A stretch of 64,000 nucleotides of DNA from the human T2T-CHM13v2.0 reference genome, Homo sapiens. The stretch lies in NCBI RefSeq assembly GCF_009914755.1, contig NC_060940.1. One strand, 5' to 3'. Position 1 is the first letter of the stretch. Every line of letters begins with the position of its first letter. Positions 44,040 to 59,755 of this stretch are shown piece by piece. The notes beneath the pieces are model-generated. The model was not told where the DNA came from and searched no databases. It saw only the letters and a list, made by a program, of their open reading frames with translations. The translations under genes and the position numbers were made by a program.

Positions 44040-47000
44040 GATGATTCCACTCGATTCCATTTGATGATTATTCCATTGGAGTCCACTTAGTGAATCCTTT
44101 AGATTCTACTCGAAGATGATTCCATTCGAGTCCATTCGATGATACCATTCAATTCCATTCGTTGATGCTTCCATTCAAGTGCAGTCGATGATATCATTCG
44201 ATTCCATTTGATGATAATTCCATTTGATTCCATGCGATGATTCTATTCGATTCCATTCAATGATAATTCCATTCAATTCAGTGATTCCTCTGGACTCCAT
44301 TTGATGATGATTCCATTCAATGATTCCATTCGATTCTATTCGAAAATGATTCCATTTGAATCCATTTGATGTTGATTCCATTACATTCCATTTGATGATT
44401 CCATTCGATTCCATTCGACGATGATTCCATTCGATTCCATTTGATGATTTCATTCTATTCTATTCGATGATGATTCCATTCGATTCCATTCGTTGATGAT
44501 TGGATTCGATTCCATTTGATGATTTCATTTGATTCCATTCGTTAATGCTTTCGATCAATTCCATTCGATGATTCCATTCGATTCCATTCGATAATGATTA
44601 CATCCGAGTCCATTCGATGATTCCATTTGAGCCTGTTCGATAATTCCATTTGAGTCCAATCAATGATTCCATTCATTTCCATTCAATGATTCCATTCGAG
44701 TCCATTTGATCATTCCGGTAGGGTCCATTCGATGTTGATTCCATTGGAGTGCATTCGATGATTCCATTCGAGTCCATTTTAGGATTTGATTCGAGTCCTT
44801 TCGATGATTCCGTTCGATTCCACTCGATGATGATTTCATTCGAGTCCATTCGACACTTCCAATCGATTCCATTTGATGTTTCCATTCGAGTCCAATTGAT
44901 GATTCCATTCAATTCCATTCGATGATGATTCCGTACGATTCCATTCTGTGATGATTCCATGTGATTGCATTCAGTGATGATTCCTTTCGATTGCATTCGA
45001 TTATGATTCATTTCGTGTTCATTCTATGGTTCCACAGGTTTCCATTCGTGTCCATTCCATTATTCCATTCTATTCCATTTGATGATGATTCCATTCGATT
45101 CCATTCATTGGTGATTCCACTCAATTCCATTCAATGATCCCATTCCATTTCTTTCAACAATGATTCCATTAGTTTCCAATCGATGATACACTTGATTCCA
45201 TTTGACGACGATTCCATTGTTGTCCATTCGATGATTCCATTTGATTCCATATGATGATGATTCCATTCGATTCCATATGATGATGATTCCATTCGAGTCC
45301 ATTCAATGGTGATTCCATTCAATTCCATTCGATGATTCCTTTCGATTCCATTCGATGATGATGGCATTCGATTGCTTTCAATCATTCCTTTTGATTCCAT
45401 TCAAAGGTGATTTCATTCAAGTCCATTCGATAATTGCATTCGATTCCATTCTATGATGATTCCATTCGAGTCCATTTGATGATTCCATTCAATTCAAGTC
45501 AATGATGATTCCATTCGATTCCATTCGATGATTCCATTGGATTCCATTGGATGATGATTCCATTCAAATCCATTCGATAATTCAATTCAAGTTCATTCGA
45601 TGATGATTCCAATCGAATCCATTCAAAGATTCCATTCAGTTCCATTCGATAATTCCCTTAGATTCCATTCGATGATTCCACTTGATTTCTTTTACGATGA
45701 TTCCATTCGATTCCATGTGATGATTCCATTCAATTCTATTCAATGATGTTTCCATTTGATTCCATTCGACCATGATTGCCTTTGATTCCATTCAATGATT
45801 CCATTCGGTTCCTTTTGATGATGATTCCGTTCGATTCCATTTCATGATTCCATATGATTCCATTGGATGAGTCCATTCGATTACATTCGATGATTATTCC
45901 ATTCGAGTGCATTAGATGATTCCATTCGAGTCCATTCGATGATTCCATTCGATTCCATTCGATGTTGATTCTGTTCAAATCCATTCGATGATTCCACTCG
46001 ATTCCATTCGATGACTCCATTTGATCCCATTCGATGATTTCCTGTGATTCCCTTTGATGATCATTCCATTTGATTCTATTCGGTGATTTCATTGGATTCC
46101 ATTCAGTGATGTTTCCATTCGACTCCATTCGATGATGATTCCATTCGACTCCATTCGATTATGATTTCATTCAATTCCATTCGATAATGATTCCCTTCGT
46201 GTCCATTCGATGATTCCATTCGATTCCATTCAACGATGATTTGATTCGTTTCCATTCGATGATTCCATTTGATTCCACTTGATGATGATTCCATTCGAGT
46301 CCATTTGATGATTCCATTCAATTCCATTCTCCGATGATTTCTTTTGAGCCCACTCAATGCTTCCACTCGATTCCATATGATGATGACTCCATTCGATGAA
46401 ATTCGATGATGATTCCATTCGCTTGCTTTCGATGATGATTCCACTTGAGTCCGTTAGAAGATTCTATTCAATTACATTCCATGACGATTCCGTTCGAGTC
46501 CAATTGATGATTCCATTAGATTCCATTCGACGATGATTCCATTTGATGTTATTCGATGATTCCATTCGATCTCATTTGTTGATGATTCCATTCAACTCCA
46601 TTCGATGTTTCCATTCGAGTTCATTCTATTATTCCATTAGATTCCATTCGATGATGATTCCATTCGATTCCATTTGATGATTGCATTCTATTTCATTTGA
46701 TGATGATTCCATTCGAGTCCACTCGATGATTCCATTCGAGTCCATTTAATGAATCCATTGGTTTCAATTCTATGATGATTACATTGGATTCCATTCGTTG
46801 ATGATTTCATTCGGTTCCATTCAATGATTATTCTATTCTATTCCTTTCAATGTTTCCATTCAATTCCATACGATGATGATTCCATTTGATTTGATTCGAC
46901 AGTGAGCCATTCGATTCAATTCCATGATGATTCTATTTTATTCAATTGGTTGACATTTCCATTCGATTCCATTCGATGATGATTCCCTTTGATTCCATTC

Positions 47001-50000
47001 AAAGATGATTCCATTCTAGCCCATTCAATCATTCCATTCGATTCTATTCAATGATGATTCCATTCATGTCGATTTGGTGATTCCATTTGACTTCATTTGA
47101 TGATGATTCCTTTCAAGTTCATTAGATGATTCCATTCGATTCCATTTGATGATGATCCCATTCGAGTCCATTCAGTGATTCCATTCGTTTCCATTCCATG
47201 ATGATTCCATTCCATTCCATGCAATGATTCCATTCGATTCCGTTTGATGATGATTTCATTCGAGTCCATTTGATGATTCCATTTGATTCCATTCGATGAT
47301 GATTCCATTCGAGTCCATTCGATGATTCTATTCGAATCCATTTGATGATTTCTTTTGATTATAGTTGGTGATGATTCCATTGGAGTCCATTCAATGATTC
47401 CATTCGATTCCAATCGATGATGATTCCATTAGAGTCCATTTAAGGATTCCATTTGATTCCAGTGTCTGATGATTACATTCGAGTCCATACGATGATTCCA
47501 CTCAATTCCATATAATGATGTTTCCTTACGATTCCATTCGATGATTCCATTCTATTCTATTCAATGGTGATTCCATTCGAGTACATTAGATGATTCCATT
47601 CGATTCCATTCAATGATGATTCTATTTGTGTCCCTTAGATGATTCCACATGATTCCATTAGATGATGATACTATTTGAGCCCATCCAATGATTCCCTTCC
47701 ATTCCATTCGATGAGGATTCCATTCAATTCAATTCATTGGTGATTCTATTCAATTCAATTCTTTGATTCCATTCCATTCCATTCGACAATGATTCCATTC
47801 GATTTCTTTCGATGATTCCACTCGATTCCACTTGACATTGATTCCATTCGACTCCATTCAATGATTCCATTTGATTCCAGTGGATGATGATTGCCATCGA
47901 TTCCATTCGATCACTCCATTCTATTCCATTTGATGATGATTACATTCGATTCCATTTGATGATTCCATCTGATTCTATTCGAGGATTCCATTTGATTCCA
48001 TTCGATGATGATTCCATTCGAGTCCATTCGATGATTTCATTCGAGTACATCCAATGATTCCATTCGAGTCCATTTGATGATTCCATTTGATTCCATTTGA
48101 TTACGATTCTACTAGAGTCCATTCAATGACTCCATTCGAGTCCATTCAACAATTCCATTCGACTCCATTCGATGATTCCATTCGATTCCATTTGATGGTT
48201 CCATTCGAGTCCATTTAATCATTACAGTCGAGTCCATTTGGTGATTCCACTAGACTTCTTTTGATAATGATACCATTCAATTACATTTGATGATGATCCC
48301 ATTCAATTTCATTTGATGATGATTCCATTAGAGTCCATTCGATGATTTCATTCGAGTCCCTTCATTGATTCCATCCGATTTCATTGGATGGTGACTCCAT
48401 TCGAGTCCCTTTTCCACTCGAATCCATTAGATGATTCCATTGGAGTCCATTTGATTGTTCCATTCGATTCCATTCTATTCCTTTCGAAGATTACTCCATT
48501 TGAGTCCATTCGATGATGATTCCATTCCATTCCATTGGATGATTCCGTTTGATTCCATTCGATGATTCCCTTCGATTCCTTTCTTTGATGATTCCATTCC
48601 CTTCCATTCAATGATTCCATTCGAATCTATTCCATGATGATTCCTTTCGATTCCATTCGCTGATGTTTCCGTTCAATTCCATTCGATGATGATTCCATTC
48701 GATTCCATTCATTGAGGATTCCATTTGATTCCATTCAATGATGATTCCATTCTATTCCATTCAATGATTGCATTCAATTCCATTCAATGATTATCCCATT
48801 AGAGTAAACTCAACGATTCCATTCAATACCATTCGATGATGATTCTTTTTGAGTCCATTCAATGATTTCATTCAAGTCCATTTGATGATTCCTGTCAATT
48901 CCATTCTATGATGATTCCATTCGAGTCCATTCGATGATTCCATTCGATTGCATTCGATGATTCCATTATATTCCATTCAACGATGATTCCATTCGAGTCC
49001 ATTCGATGATTCCATTAGAGTACATTTAATGATTGCTTTGTTTTCAATTCGAAGATGATTACATTGGATTCCATTCTATGATACCATTCGATTCCATTCA
49101 ATGATGATTCCACTCAAATCCATTGGATGATTCCATTCGTGTCCATTCGGTGATTTCATTAGATTCCATTCGAGGATGATTCCATTCGATTCCATTCGAT
49201 GATTCCATTCAATTCCATTCGATGATGATTCCATTCGAGTCCATATGATCATTCCATTTGATTTCATTCGATGATGATTCCATTCGATTCCATTCGATGA
49301 TTCCATTCTATTCCATTCGATGATGATTCCATTCGAGTCCATTCGATGATTCCATTCTATTCCCTTCGATGATGATTCCATTCGAGTCCATTCGATGATT
49401 CCATTCGAGTCCATTTAATGATTCCATTGGGTTCAATTCAATGATGATTACATTGGATTCCGTTCTATGATTCCATTCAATTCCGTTCATTGACAATTTG
49501 ATTCCATTCGATGATGATTCCATTTGAGTTCATTCGATGATTCTATTCGATTCCCTTCGATGGTGATTCAATTCTATTATATTGGATGATTCCATTCGAT
49601 TCCATTTGATGTTGATTCCATTCGATTCTATTCGATGATGATTCCATTGGATTTCACTTGATGATTCTATTCGATTCCATTCAATGATGATTCACTTCTC
49701 GTCCATTGGATGATTCCATTTCATTCCATTCGATGATGATTCCATTCGATTCCATTCATTGGTGATTCCACTCAATTCCATTCAATGATTCCATTCCATT
49801 TCTTTCAACAATGATTCCATTACTTTCTAATCGATGATCCACTTGATTCCATTTGACGACGATTCCATTCTTGTCCATTCGATGATTCCATTTGATTCCA
49901 TATGATGATGATTCCATTCGATTCCATACGATGATGATTCCATTCGAGTCCATTCAATGGTGATTCCATTCAATTCCATTCGATGATTCCTTTCGATTCC

Positions 50001-53000
50001 ATTCGATGATGATGGCATTCGATTCCTTTCAATCATTCCCTTTGATTCCATTCAAAGGTGATTTCATTCAAGTCCATTCGATAATTGCATTCGATTCCAT
50101 TCTATGATGATTCCATTCGAGTCCATTTGATGATTCCATTCAATTCAAGTCAATGATGATTCCATTCGATTCCATTCGATGATTCCATTGGATTCCATTC
50201 GATGATGATTCCATTCAAATCCATTCGATAATTCAATTCAAGTCCATTCGATGATGATTCCAATCGAATCCATTCAAAGATTCCATTCAGTTCCATTCGA
50301 TGATTCCCTTAGATTCCATTCGATGATTCCACTTGATTCCATTTACGATGATTCCATTCGGTTCCATGTGATGATTCCATTCAATTCTATTCAATGATGT
50401 TTCCATTTGATTCCATTCGACCATGATTGCCTTTGATTCCATTCAATGATTCCATTCGGTTCCTTTTGATGATGATTCCATTCGATTCCATTTGATGATT
50501 CCATTTGATTCCATTGGATGAGTCCATTCGATTACATTCGATGATTATTCCATTCGAGTGCATTAGATGATTCCATTCGAGTCCATTCGATGATTCCATT
50601 CGATTCCATTCGATGTTGATTCTGTTCAAATCCATTCGATGATTCCACTCGATTCCATTCGATGACTCCATTTGATCCCATTCGATGATTTCCTTTGATT
50701 CCCTTTGATGATCATTCCATTTGATTCAATTCGGTGATTTCATTGGATTCCATTCAGTGATGTTTCCATTCGACTCCATTCGATGATGATTCCATTCGAC
50801 TCCATTCGATTATGATTTCATTCAATTCCATTTGATAATGATTCCCTTCGAGTCCATTCGATGATTCCATTCGATTCCATTCAACGATGATTTGATTCGT
50901 GTCCATTCGATGATTCCATTTGATTCCACTTGTTGATGATTCCATTCGAGTCCATTTGATGATTCCATTCAATTCCATTCTCCGATGATTTCTTTTGAGC
51001 CCACTCAATGCTTCCACTCGATTCCATATGATGATGACTCCATTCGATGAAATTCGATGATGATTCCATTCGCTTGCTTTCAATGATGATTCCACTTGAG
51101 TCCGTTAGAAGATTCTATTCAATTACATTCCATGACGATTCCGTACGAGTCCATTTGATGATTCCATTAGACTCCATTCGACGATGATTCCATTCGATGT
51201 TATTCGATGATTCCATTCGATCTCATTCGTTGATGATTCCATTCAACTCTTTTCGATGTATCCATTCGAGTTCATTCTATTATTCCATTAGATTCAATTC
51301 GATGATGATTCCATTCGATTCCATTTGATGATTGCATTCTATTTCATTTGATGATGATTCCATTCGAGTCCACTCGATGATTCCATTCGAGTCTATTTAA
51401 TGAATCCATTGGTTTCAATTCTATGATGATTACATTGGATTCCATTCGTTGATGATTTCATTCGGCTCCATTCAATGATGATTCTATTCAATTCCTTTCA
51501 ATGTTTCCATTCAATTCCATACGATGATGATTCCATTTGATTTGATTCGACAGTGAGCCATTCGATTCAATTCCATGATGATTCTATTTTATTCAATTGG
51601 TTGACATTTCCATTCGATTCCATTCGATGATGATTCCCTTTGATTCCATTCAAAGATGATTCCATTCTAGCCCATTCAATCATTCCATTCGATTCTATTC
51701 AATGATGATTCCATTCATGTCGATTTGGTGATTCCATTTGACTTCATTTGATGATGATTCCTTTCAAGTTCATTAGATGATTCCATTCGATTCCATTTGA
51801 TGATGATCCCATTCGAGTCCATTCAGTGATTCCATTCGTTTCCATTCCATGATGATTCCATTCCATTCCATGCAATGATTCCATTCGATTCCGTTTGATG
51901 ATGATTTCATTCGAGTCCATTTGATGATTCCATTTGATTCCATTCGATGATGATTCCATTCGAGTCCATTCGATGATTCTATTCGAATCCATTTGATGAT
52001 TTCTTTTGATTATACTTGGTGATGATTCCATTGGAGTCCATTCAATGATTCCATTCGATTCCAATCGATGGTGATTCCATTAGAGTCCATTTAATGATTC
52101 CATTTGATTCCAGTCTCTGATGATTACATTCGAGTCCATACGATGATTCCACTCAATTCCATATCATGATGATTCCATTCGATTCCATTCGATGATTCCA
52201 TTCTATTCTATTCAATGGTGATTCCATTCGGGTACATTAGATGATTCCATTCGATTCCATTCAATGATGATTCTATTTGTGTCCCTTAGATGATTCCACA
52301 TGATTCCATTAGATGATGATACTATTTGAGCCCATCCAATGATTCCCTTCGATTCCATTCGATGAGGATTCCATTCGATTCAATTCATTGGTGATTTTAT
52401 TCAATTCAATTCCTTGATTCCATTCCATTCCATTCGACAATGATTCCATTCGATTTCTTTCGATGATTCCACTCGATTCCACTTGACATTGATTCCATTC
52501 AATTCCATTCAATGATTCCATTTGATTCCAGTGGATGATGATTGCCATCGATTCCGTGCGGTCACTCCATTCTATTCCATTTGATGATGATTACATTCGA
52601 TCACATTTGATAATTCCATCTGATTCTATTCGAGGATTCCATTTGATTCCATTCGATGATGATTCCATTCGAGTCCATTCGATGATTTCATTCGAGTACA
52701 TCCAATGATTCCATTCGAGTCCATTTGATGATTCCATTTGATTCCATTTGATTATGATTCTACTAGAGTCCATTCAATGACTCCATTCGAGTCCATTCAA
52801 CAATTCCATTCGAGTCCATTCGATGATTCCATTCGATTCCATTTGATGATTCCATTCGAGTCCATTTAATCATTACAGTCGAGTCCATTTGGTGATTCCA
52901 CTGGATTTCTTTTGATAATGATACCATTCAATTACATTTGATGATGATCCCATTCAATTTCATTTGATGATGATTCCATTAGAGTCCATTCCATGATTTC

Positions 53001-53654
53001 ATTCGAGTCCCTTCATTGATTCCATCCGATTTCATTGGATGATGACTCCATTCGAGTCCATTCGATGATTCCACTCGATTCCATTAGATGATTCCATTGG
53101 AGTCCATTTCATTGTTCCATTCGATTCCATTCGATTCCTTTCGAAGATTATTCCATTTGAGTCCATTCGATGATGATTCCATTCCATTCCATTCGATGAT
53201 TCCGTTTGATTCCATTCGATGATTCCATTTGATTCCATTCGACGGTGAGCAATTCGATTCAATTCCATGATGATTCTATTTGATTCAATTAGATGATGTT
53301 TCCATTCGAATCCATTCCATGATTATTCCATTGGAATCCATTCGGCGATGATTCCATATGAGTCAATTCAATGATGATTCCATATGGGTCCGTTCGATGA
53401 TAATTCCATTTGATTTCATTCGATGCTTCTATTCTATTCCAGTCGATGATGATTCCGTTGGAGTCCATACGATGATTCCATTTGATTTCATTTGATGATG
53501 ATTCCATTCGATGATGATTACATTGGATTCCATTCTATGATTCCGTTCAATTCCATTCGTTGATGATTCGATTCCATTCAATGATGATTCCATTTGAGTT
53601 CATTCGATGATTCTATTCGATTCCGTTCGATGGTGATTCAATTCTATTATATTG
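44040..53654 (+). repeat. Two fused units (9615 bp) with ~1.5 kb and ~1.15 kb deletions
   Basis: Register jumps at ~49750 and ~53215. The length reconciles as 2x6112 -1504 -1148 +49 -6 = 9615. Confidence 0.83.
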
Positions 53655-56600
53655 GATGATTCCACTCGATTCCATTTGATGATTATTCCATTGGAGTCCA
53701 CTTAGTGAATCCTTTAGATTCTACTCGAAGATGATTCCATTCCAGTCCATTCGATGATACCATTCAATTCCATTCGTTGATGCTTCCATTCAAGTGCATT
53801 CGATGATATCATTCGATTCCATTTGATGATAATTCCATTTGATTCCATGCGATGATTCTATTCGATTCCATTCAATGATAATTCCATTCAATTCAGTGAT
53901 TCCTCTGGACTCCATTTGATGATGATTCCATTCAATGATTCCATTCGATTCTATTCGAAAATGATTCCATTTGAATCCATTTGATGATGATTCCATTAGA
54001 TTCCATTTGATGATTCCATTCGATTCCATTCGACGATGATTCCATTCGATTCCATTTGATGATTCCATTCTATTCTATTCGATGATGATTCCATTCGATT
54101 CCATTTGATGATGATTGGATTCGATTCCATTTGATGATTTCATTTCATCCCATTCGTTAATGATTTCGGTCAATTCCATTCGATGATTCCATTCGATTCC
54201 ATTCGATAATGATTACATCCGAGTCCATTCGATGATTCCATTTGAGCCTGTTCGATAATTCCATTTGAGTCCAATCAATGATTCCATTCATTTCCATTCA
54301 ATGATTCCATTCGAGTCCATTTGATCATTCCGGTAGGGTCCATTCGATGTTGATTCCATTGGAGTGCATTCGATGATTCCACTCGAGTCCATTTTATGAT
54401 TTGATTCGAGTCCTTTCGATGATTCCATTCGATTCCACTCGATGATGATTTCATTCGAGTCCATTCGACACTTCCAATCGATTCCATTTGATGTTTCCAT
54501 TCGAGTCCAATTGATGATTCCATTCAATTCCATTCGATGATGATTCCGTACGATTCCATTCTGTGATGATTCCATGTGATTGCATTCAATGATGATTCCT
54601 TTCGATTGCATTCGATTATGATTCATTTCGTGTTCATTCTATGGTTCCACAGGTTTCCATTCGTGTCCATTCCATTATTCCATTCTATTCCATTTGATGA
54701 TGATTCCATTCGATTCCATTCATTGGTGATTCCACTCAATTCCATTCAATGATTCCATTCCATTTCTTTCAACAATGATTCCATTACTTTCTAATCGATG
54801 ATCCACTTGATTCCATTTGACGACGATCCCATTCTTGTCCATTCGATGATTCCATTTGATTCCATATGATGATGATTCCATTCGATTCCATATGATGATG
54901 ATTCCATTCGAGTCCATTCAATGGTGATTCCATTCAATTCCATTCGATGATTCCTTTCGATTCCATTCGATGATGATGGCATTCGATTCCTTTCAATCAT
55001 TCCCTTTGATTGCATTCAAAGGTGATTTCATTCAAGTCCATTCGATAATTGCATTGGATTCCATTCTATGATGATTCCATTCGAGTCCATTTGATGATTC
55101 CATTCAATTCAAGTCAATGATGATTCCATTCGATTCCATTCGATGATTCCATTGGATTCCATTCGATGATGATTCCATTCAAATCCATTCGATAATTCAA
55201 TTCACGTCCATTCGATGATGATTCCAATCGAATCCATTCAAAGATTCCATTCAGTTCCATTCGATGATTCCCTTAGATTCCATTCGATGATTCCACTTGA
55301 TTCCATTTACGATGATTCCATTCGATTCCATGTGATGATTCCATTCAATTCTATTCAATGATGTTTCCATTTGATTCCATTCGACGATGATTGCCTTTGA
55401 TTCCATTCAATGATTCCATTCGGTTCCTTTTGATGATGATTCCATTCGATTCCATTTGATGATTCCATTTGATTCCATTGGATGAGTCCATTCGATTACA
55501 TTCGATGATTATTCCATTCGAGTGCATTAGATGATTCCATTCGAGTCCATTCGATGATTTCATTCGATTCCATTCGATGTTGATTCTGTTCAAATCCATT
55601 CGATGATTCCACCCGATTCCATTCGATGACTCCATTTGATCCCATTCGATGATTTCCTTTGATTCCCTTTGGTGATCATTCCATTTGATTCAATTCGGTG
55701 ATTTCATTGGATTCCATTCAGTGATGTTTCCATTCGACTCCATTCGATGATGATTCCATTCGACTCCATTCGATTATGATTTCATTCAATTCCATTCGAT
55801 AATGATACCCTTTGAGTCCATTCGATGATTCCATTCGATTCCATTCAACGATGATTTGATTCGTGTCCATTCGATGATTCCATTTGATTCCACTTGTTGA
55901 TTATTCCATTCGAGACCATTTGATGATTCCATTCAATTCCATTCTCCGATGATTTCTTTTGAGCCCACTCAATGCTTCCACTCGATTCCATATGATGATG
56001 ACTCCATTCGATGAAATTCGATGATGATTCCATTCGCTTGCTTTCAATGATGATTCCACTTGAGTCCGTTAGAAGATTCTATTCAATTACATTCCATGAC
56101 GATTCCGTTCGAGTCCATTTGATGATTCCATTAGACTCCATTCGACGATGATTCCATTCGATGTTATTCGATGATTCCATTCGATCTCATTCGTTGATGA
56201 TTCCATTCAACTCTTTTCGATGTATCCATTCGAGTTCATTCTATTATTCCATTAGATTCAATTCGATGATGATTCCATTCGATTCCATTTGATGATTGCA
56301 TTCTATTTCATTTGATGATGATTCCATTCGAGTCCACTCGATGATTCCATTCGAGTCTATTTAATGAATCCATTGGTTTCAATTCTATGATGATTACATT
56401 GGATTCCATTCGTTGATGATTTCATTCGGCTCCATTCAATGATGATTCTATTCAATTCCTTTCAATGTTTCCATTCAATTCCATACGATGATGATTCCAT
56501 TTGATTAGATTCGACAGTGAGCCATTCGATTCAATTCCATGATGATTCTATTTGATTCAATTGGTTGACATTTCCATTCGATTCCATTCGATGATGATTC

Positions 56601-59600
56601 CCTTTGATTCCATTCAAAGATGATTCCATTCTAGCCCATTCAATCATTCCATTCGATTCTATTCAATGATGATTCCATTCATGTCGATTTGGTGATTCCA
56701 TTTGACTTCATTTGATGATGATTCCTTTCAAGTTCATTAGATGAATCCATTCGATTCCATTTGATGATGATCCCATTCGAGTCCATTCAGTGATTCCATT
56801 CGTTTCCATTCCATGATGATTCCATTCCATTCCATTCAATGATTCCATTCGATTCCGTTTGATGATGATTTCATTCGAGTCCATTTGATGATTCCATTTG
56901 ATTCCATTCGATGATGATTCCATTCGATGATTCTATTCGAATCCATTTGATGATTTCTTTTGATTATAGTTGGTGATGATTCCATTGGAGTCCATTCAAT
57001 GATTCCATTCGATTCCAATCGATGGTGATTCCATTAGAGTCCATTTAATGATTTCGTTTGATTCCAGTCTCTGATGATTACATTCGAGTCCATACGATGA
57101 TTCCACTCAATTCTTATGATGATGATTCCATTCGATTCCATTTGATGATTCCATTCTATTCTATTCAATGGTGATTCCTTTCGAGTACATTAGATGATTC
57201 CATTCGATTCCATTCAATGATGATTCTATTTGTGTCCCTTAGATGATTCCACATGATTCCATTAGATGATGATACTATTTCAGCCCATCCAATGATTCCC
57301 TTCGATTCCATTCGATGAGGATTCCATTCGATTCAATTCATTGGTGATTCTATTCAATTCAATTCTTTGATTCCATTCCATTCCATTCGACAATGATTCC
57401 ATTCGATTTCTTTCGATGATTCCACTCGATTCCACTTGACATTGATTCCATTCGATTCCATTCAATGATTCCATTTGATTCCAGTGGATGATGATTGCCA
57501 TCGATTCCATTCGATCACTCCATTCTATTCCATTTGATGATGATTACATTCGATTCCATTTGATGATTCCATCTGATTCTATACGAGGATTCCTTTTGAT
57601 TCCATTCGATGATGATTCCATTCGAGTCCATTCGATGATTTCATTCGAGTACATCCAATGATTCCATTCGAGTCCATTTGATGATTCCATTTGATTCCAT
57701 TGGATTATGATTCTACTAGAGTCCATTCAATGACTCCATTCGAGTCCATTCAACAATTCCATTCGAGTCCATTCGATGAATCCATTCGATTCCATTTGAT
57801 GATTCCATTTGAGTCCATTTAATCATTACAGTCGAGTCCATTTGGTGATTCCACTGGATTTCTTTTGATAATGATACCATTCAATTACATTTGATGATGA
57901 TCCCATTCAATTTCATTTGATGATGATTCCATTAGAGTCCATTCGATGATTTCATTCGAGTCCCTTCATTGATTCCATCCGATTTCATTGGATGATGACT
58001 CCATTCGAGTCCATTCGATGATTCCACTCGATTCCATTAGATGATTCCATTGGAGTCCATTTCATTGTTCCATTCGATTCCATTCGATTCCTTTCGAAGA
58101 TTACTCCATTTGAGTCTATTCGATGATGATTCCATTCCATTCCATTCGATGATTCCGTTTGATTCCATTCGATGATTCCCTTCGATTCCTTTCTTTGATG
58201 ATTCCATTCCATTCCATTCAATGATTCCATTCGAATCTATTCCATGATGATTCCTTTCGATTCCATTCGCTGATGTTTCCGTTCAATTCCATTCGATGAT
58301 GATTCCATTCGATTCCATTCATTGAGGATTCCATTTGATTCCATTCAATGATGATTCCATTCTATTCCATTCAATGATTGCATTCAATTCCATTCAATGA
58401 TTATCCCATTAGAGTAAACTCAACTATTCCATTCAATACCATTCGATGATGATTCCTTTTGAGTCCATTCAATGATTTCATTCAAGTCCATTTGATGATT
58501 CCTTTCAATTCCATTCTATGATGATTCCATTCGAGTCCATTCGATGATTCCATTCGATTGCATTCGATGATTCCATTATATTCCATTCAACGATGATTCC
58601 ATTCGAGTCCATTCGATGATTCCATTAGAGTACATTTAATGATTGCTTTGTTTTCAATTCGAAGATGATTACATTGGATTCCATTCCATGATATCATTCG
58701 ATTCCATTCAATGATGATTCCACTCAAATCCATTGGATGATTCCATTCGTGTCCATTCGGTGATTTCATTAGATTCCATTCGAGGATGATTCCATTCGAT
58801 TCCATTCGATGATTCCATTCAATTCCATTCGATGATGATTCCATTCCAGTCCATATGATCATTCCATTTGATTTCATTCGAGGATAATTCCATTCGATTC
58901 CATTCGATGATTCCATTCTATTCCATTCGATGATGATTCCATTCGAGTCCATTCGATGATTCCATTCGAGTCCATTTAATGATTCCATTGGGTTCAATTC
59001 AATGATGATTACATTGGATTCCGTTCTATGATTCCATTCAATTCCGTTCATTGACAATTTGATTCCATTCGATGATGATTCCATTTGAGTTCATTCGATG
59101 ATTCCATTCGATTCCCTTCGATGGTGATTCAATTCTATTATATTGGATGATTCCATTCGATGCCATTTGATGTTGATTCAATTCGATTCTATTCGATGAT
59201 GATTCCATTGGATTTCACTTGATGATTCTATTCGATTCCATTCAATGATGATTCACTTCTCGTCCATTGGATGATTCCATTTCATTCCATTCGATGATGA
59301 TTCCATTCGATTCCATTCGATGATTCCATTTGATTCCATTCGACGGTGAGCAATTCGATTCAATTCCATGATGATTCTATTTGATTCAATTAGATGATGT
59401 TTCCATTCGAATCCATTCCATGATTATTCCATTGGAATCCATTCGGCGATGATTCCATATGAGTCAATTCAATGATGATTCCATATTGGTCCGTTCGATG
59501 ATAATTCCATTTGATTTCATTCGATGCTTCTATTCTATTCCAGTCGATGATGATTCCGTTGGAGTCCATACGATGATTCCATTTGATTTCATTTGATGAT

Positions 59601-59755
59601 GATTCCATTCGATGATGATTACATTGGATTAAATTCTATGATTCCATTCAATTCCATTCGTTGATGATTCAATTCCATTCAATGATGATTCCATTTGAGT
59701 TCATTCGATGATTCTATTCGATTCCATTTGATGGTGATTCAATTCTATTATATTG
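53655..59755 (+). repeat. Near full-length unit (6101 bp)
   Basis: GGTAGGGTCC at 54332 and 60433. It has a 10-bp deletion at ~56920 and a 1-bp deletion at ~57113. Confidence 0.88.

Noticed and set aside
58587-59084. Longest ORF (165 aa)
   Set aside because: It is extended only by a single substitution removing a stop that is present in sister copies (132 aa). It is low complexity and has no recognisable domain.
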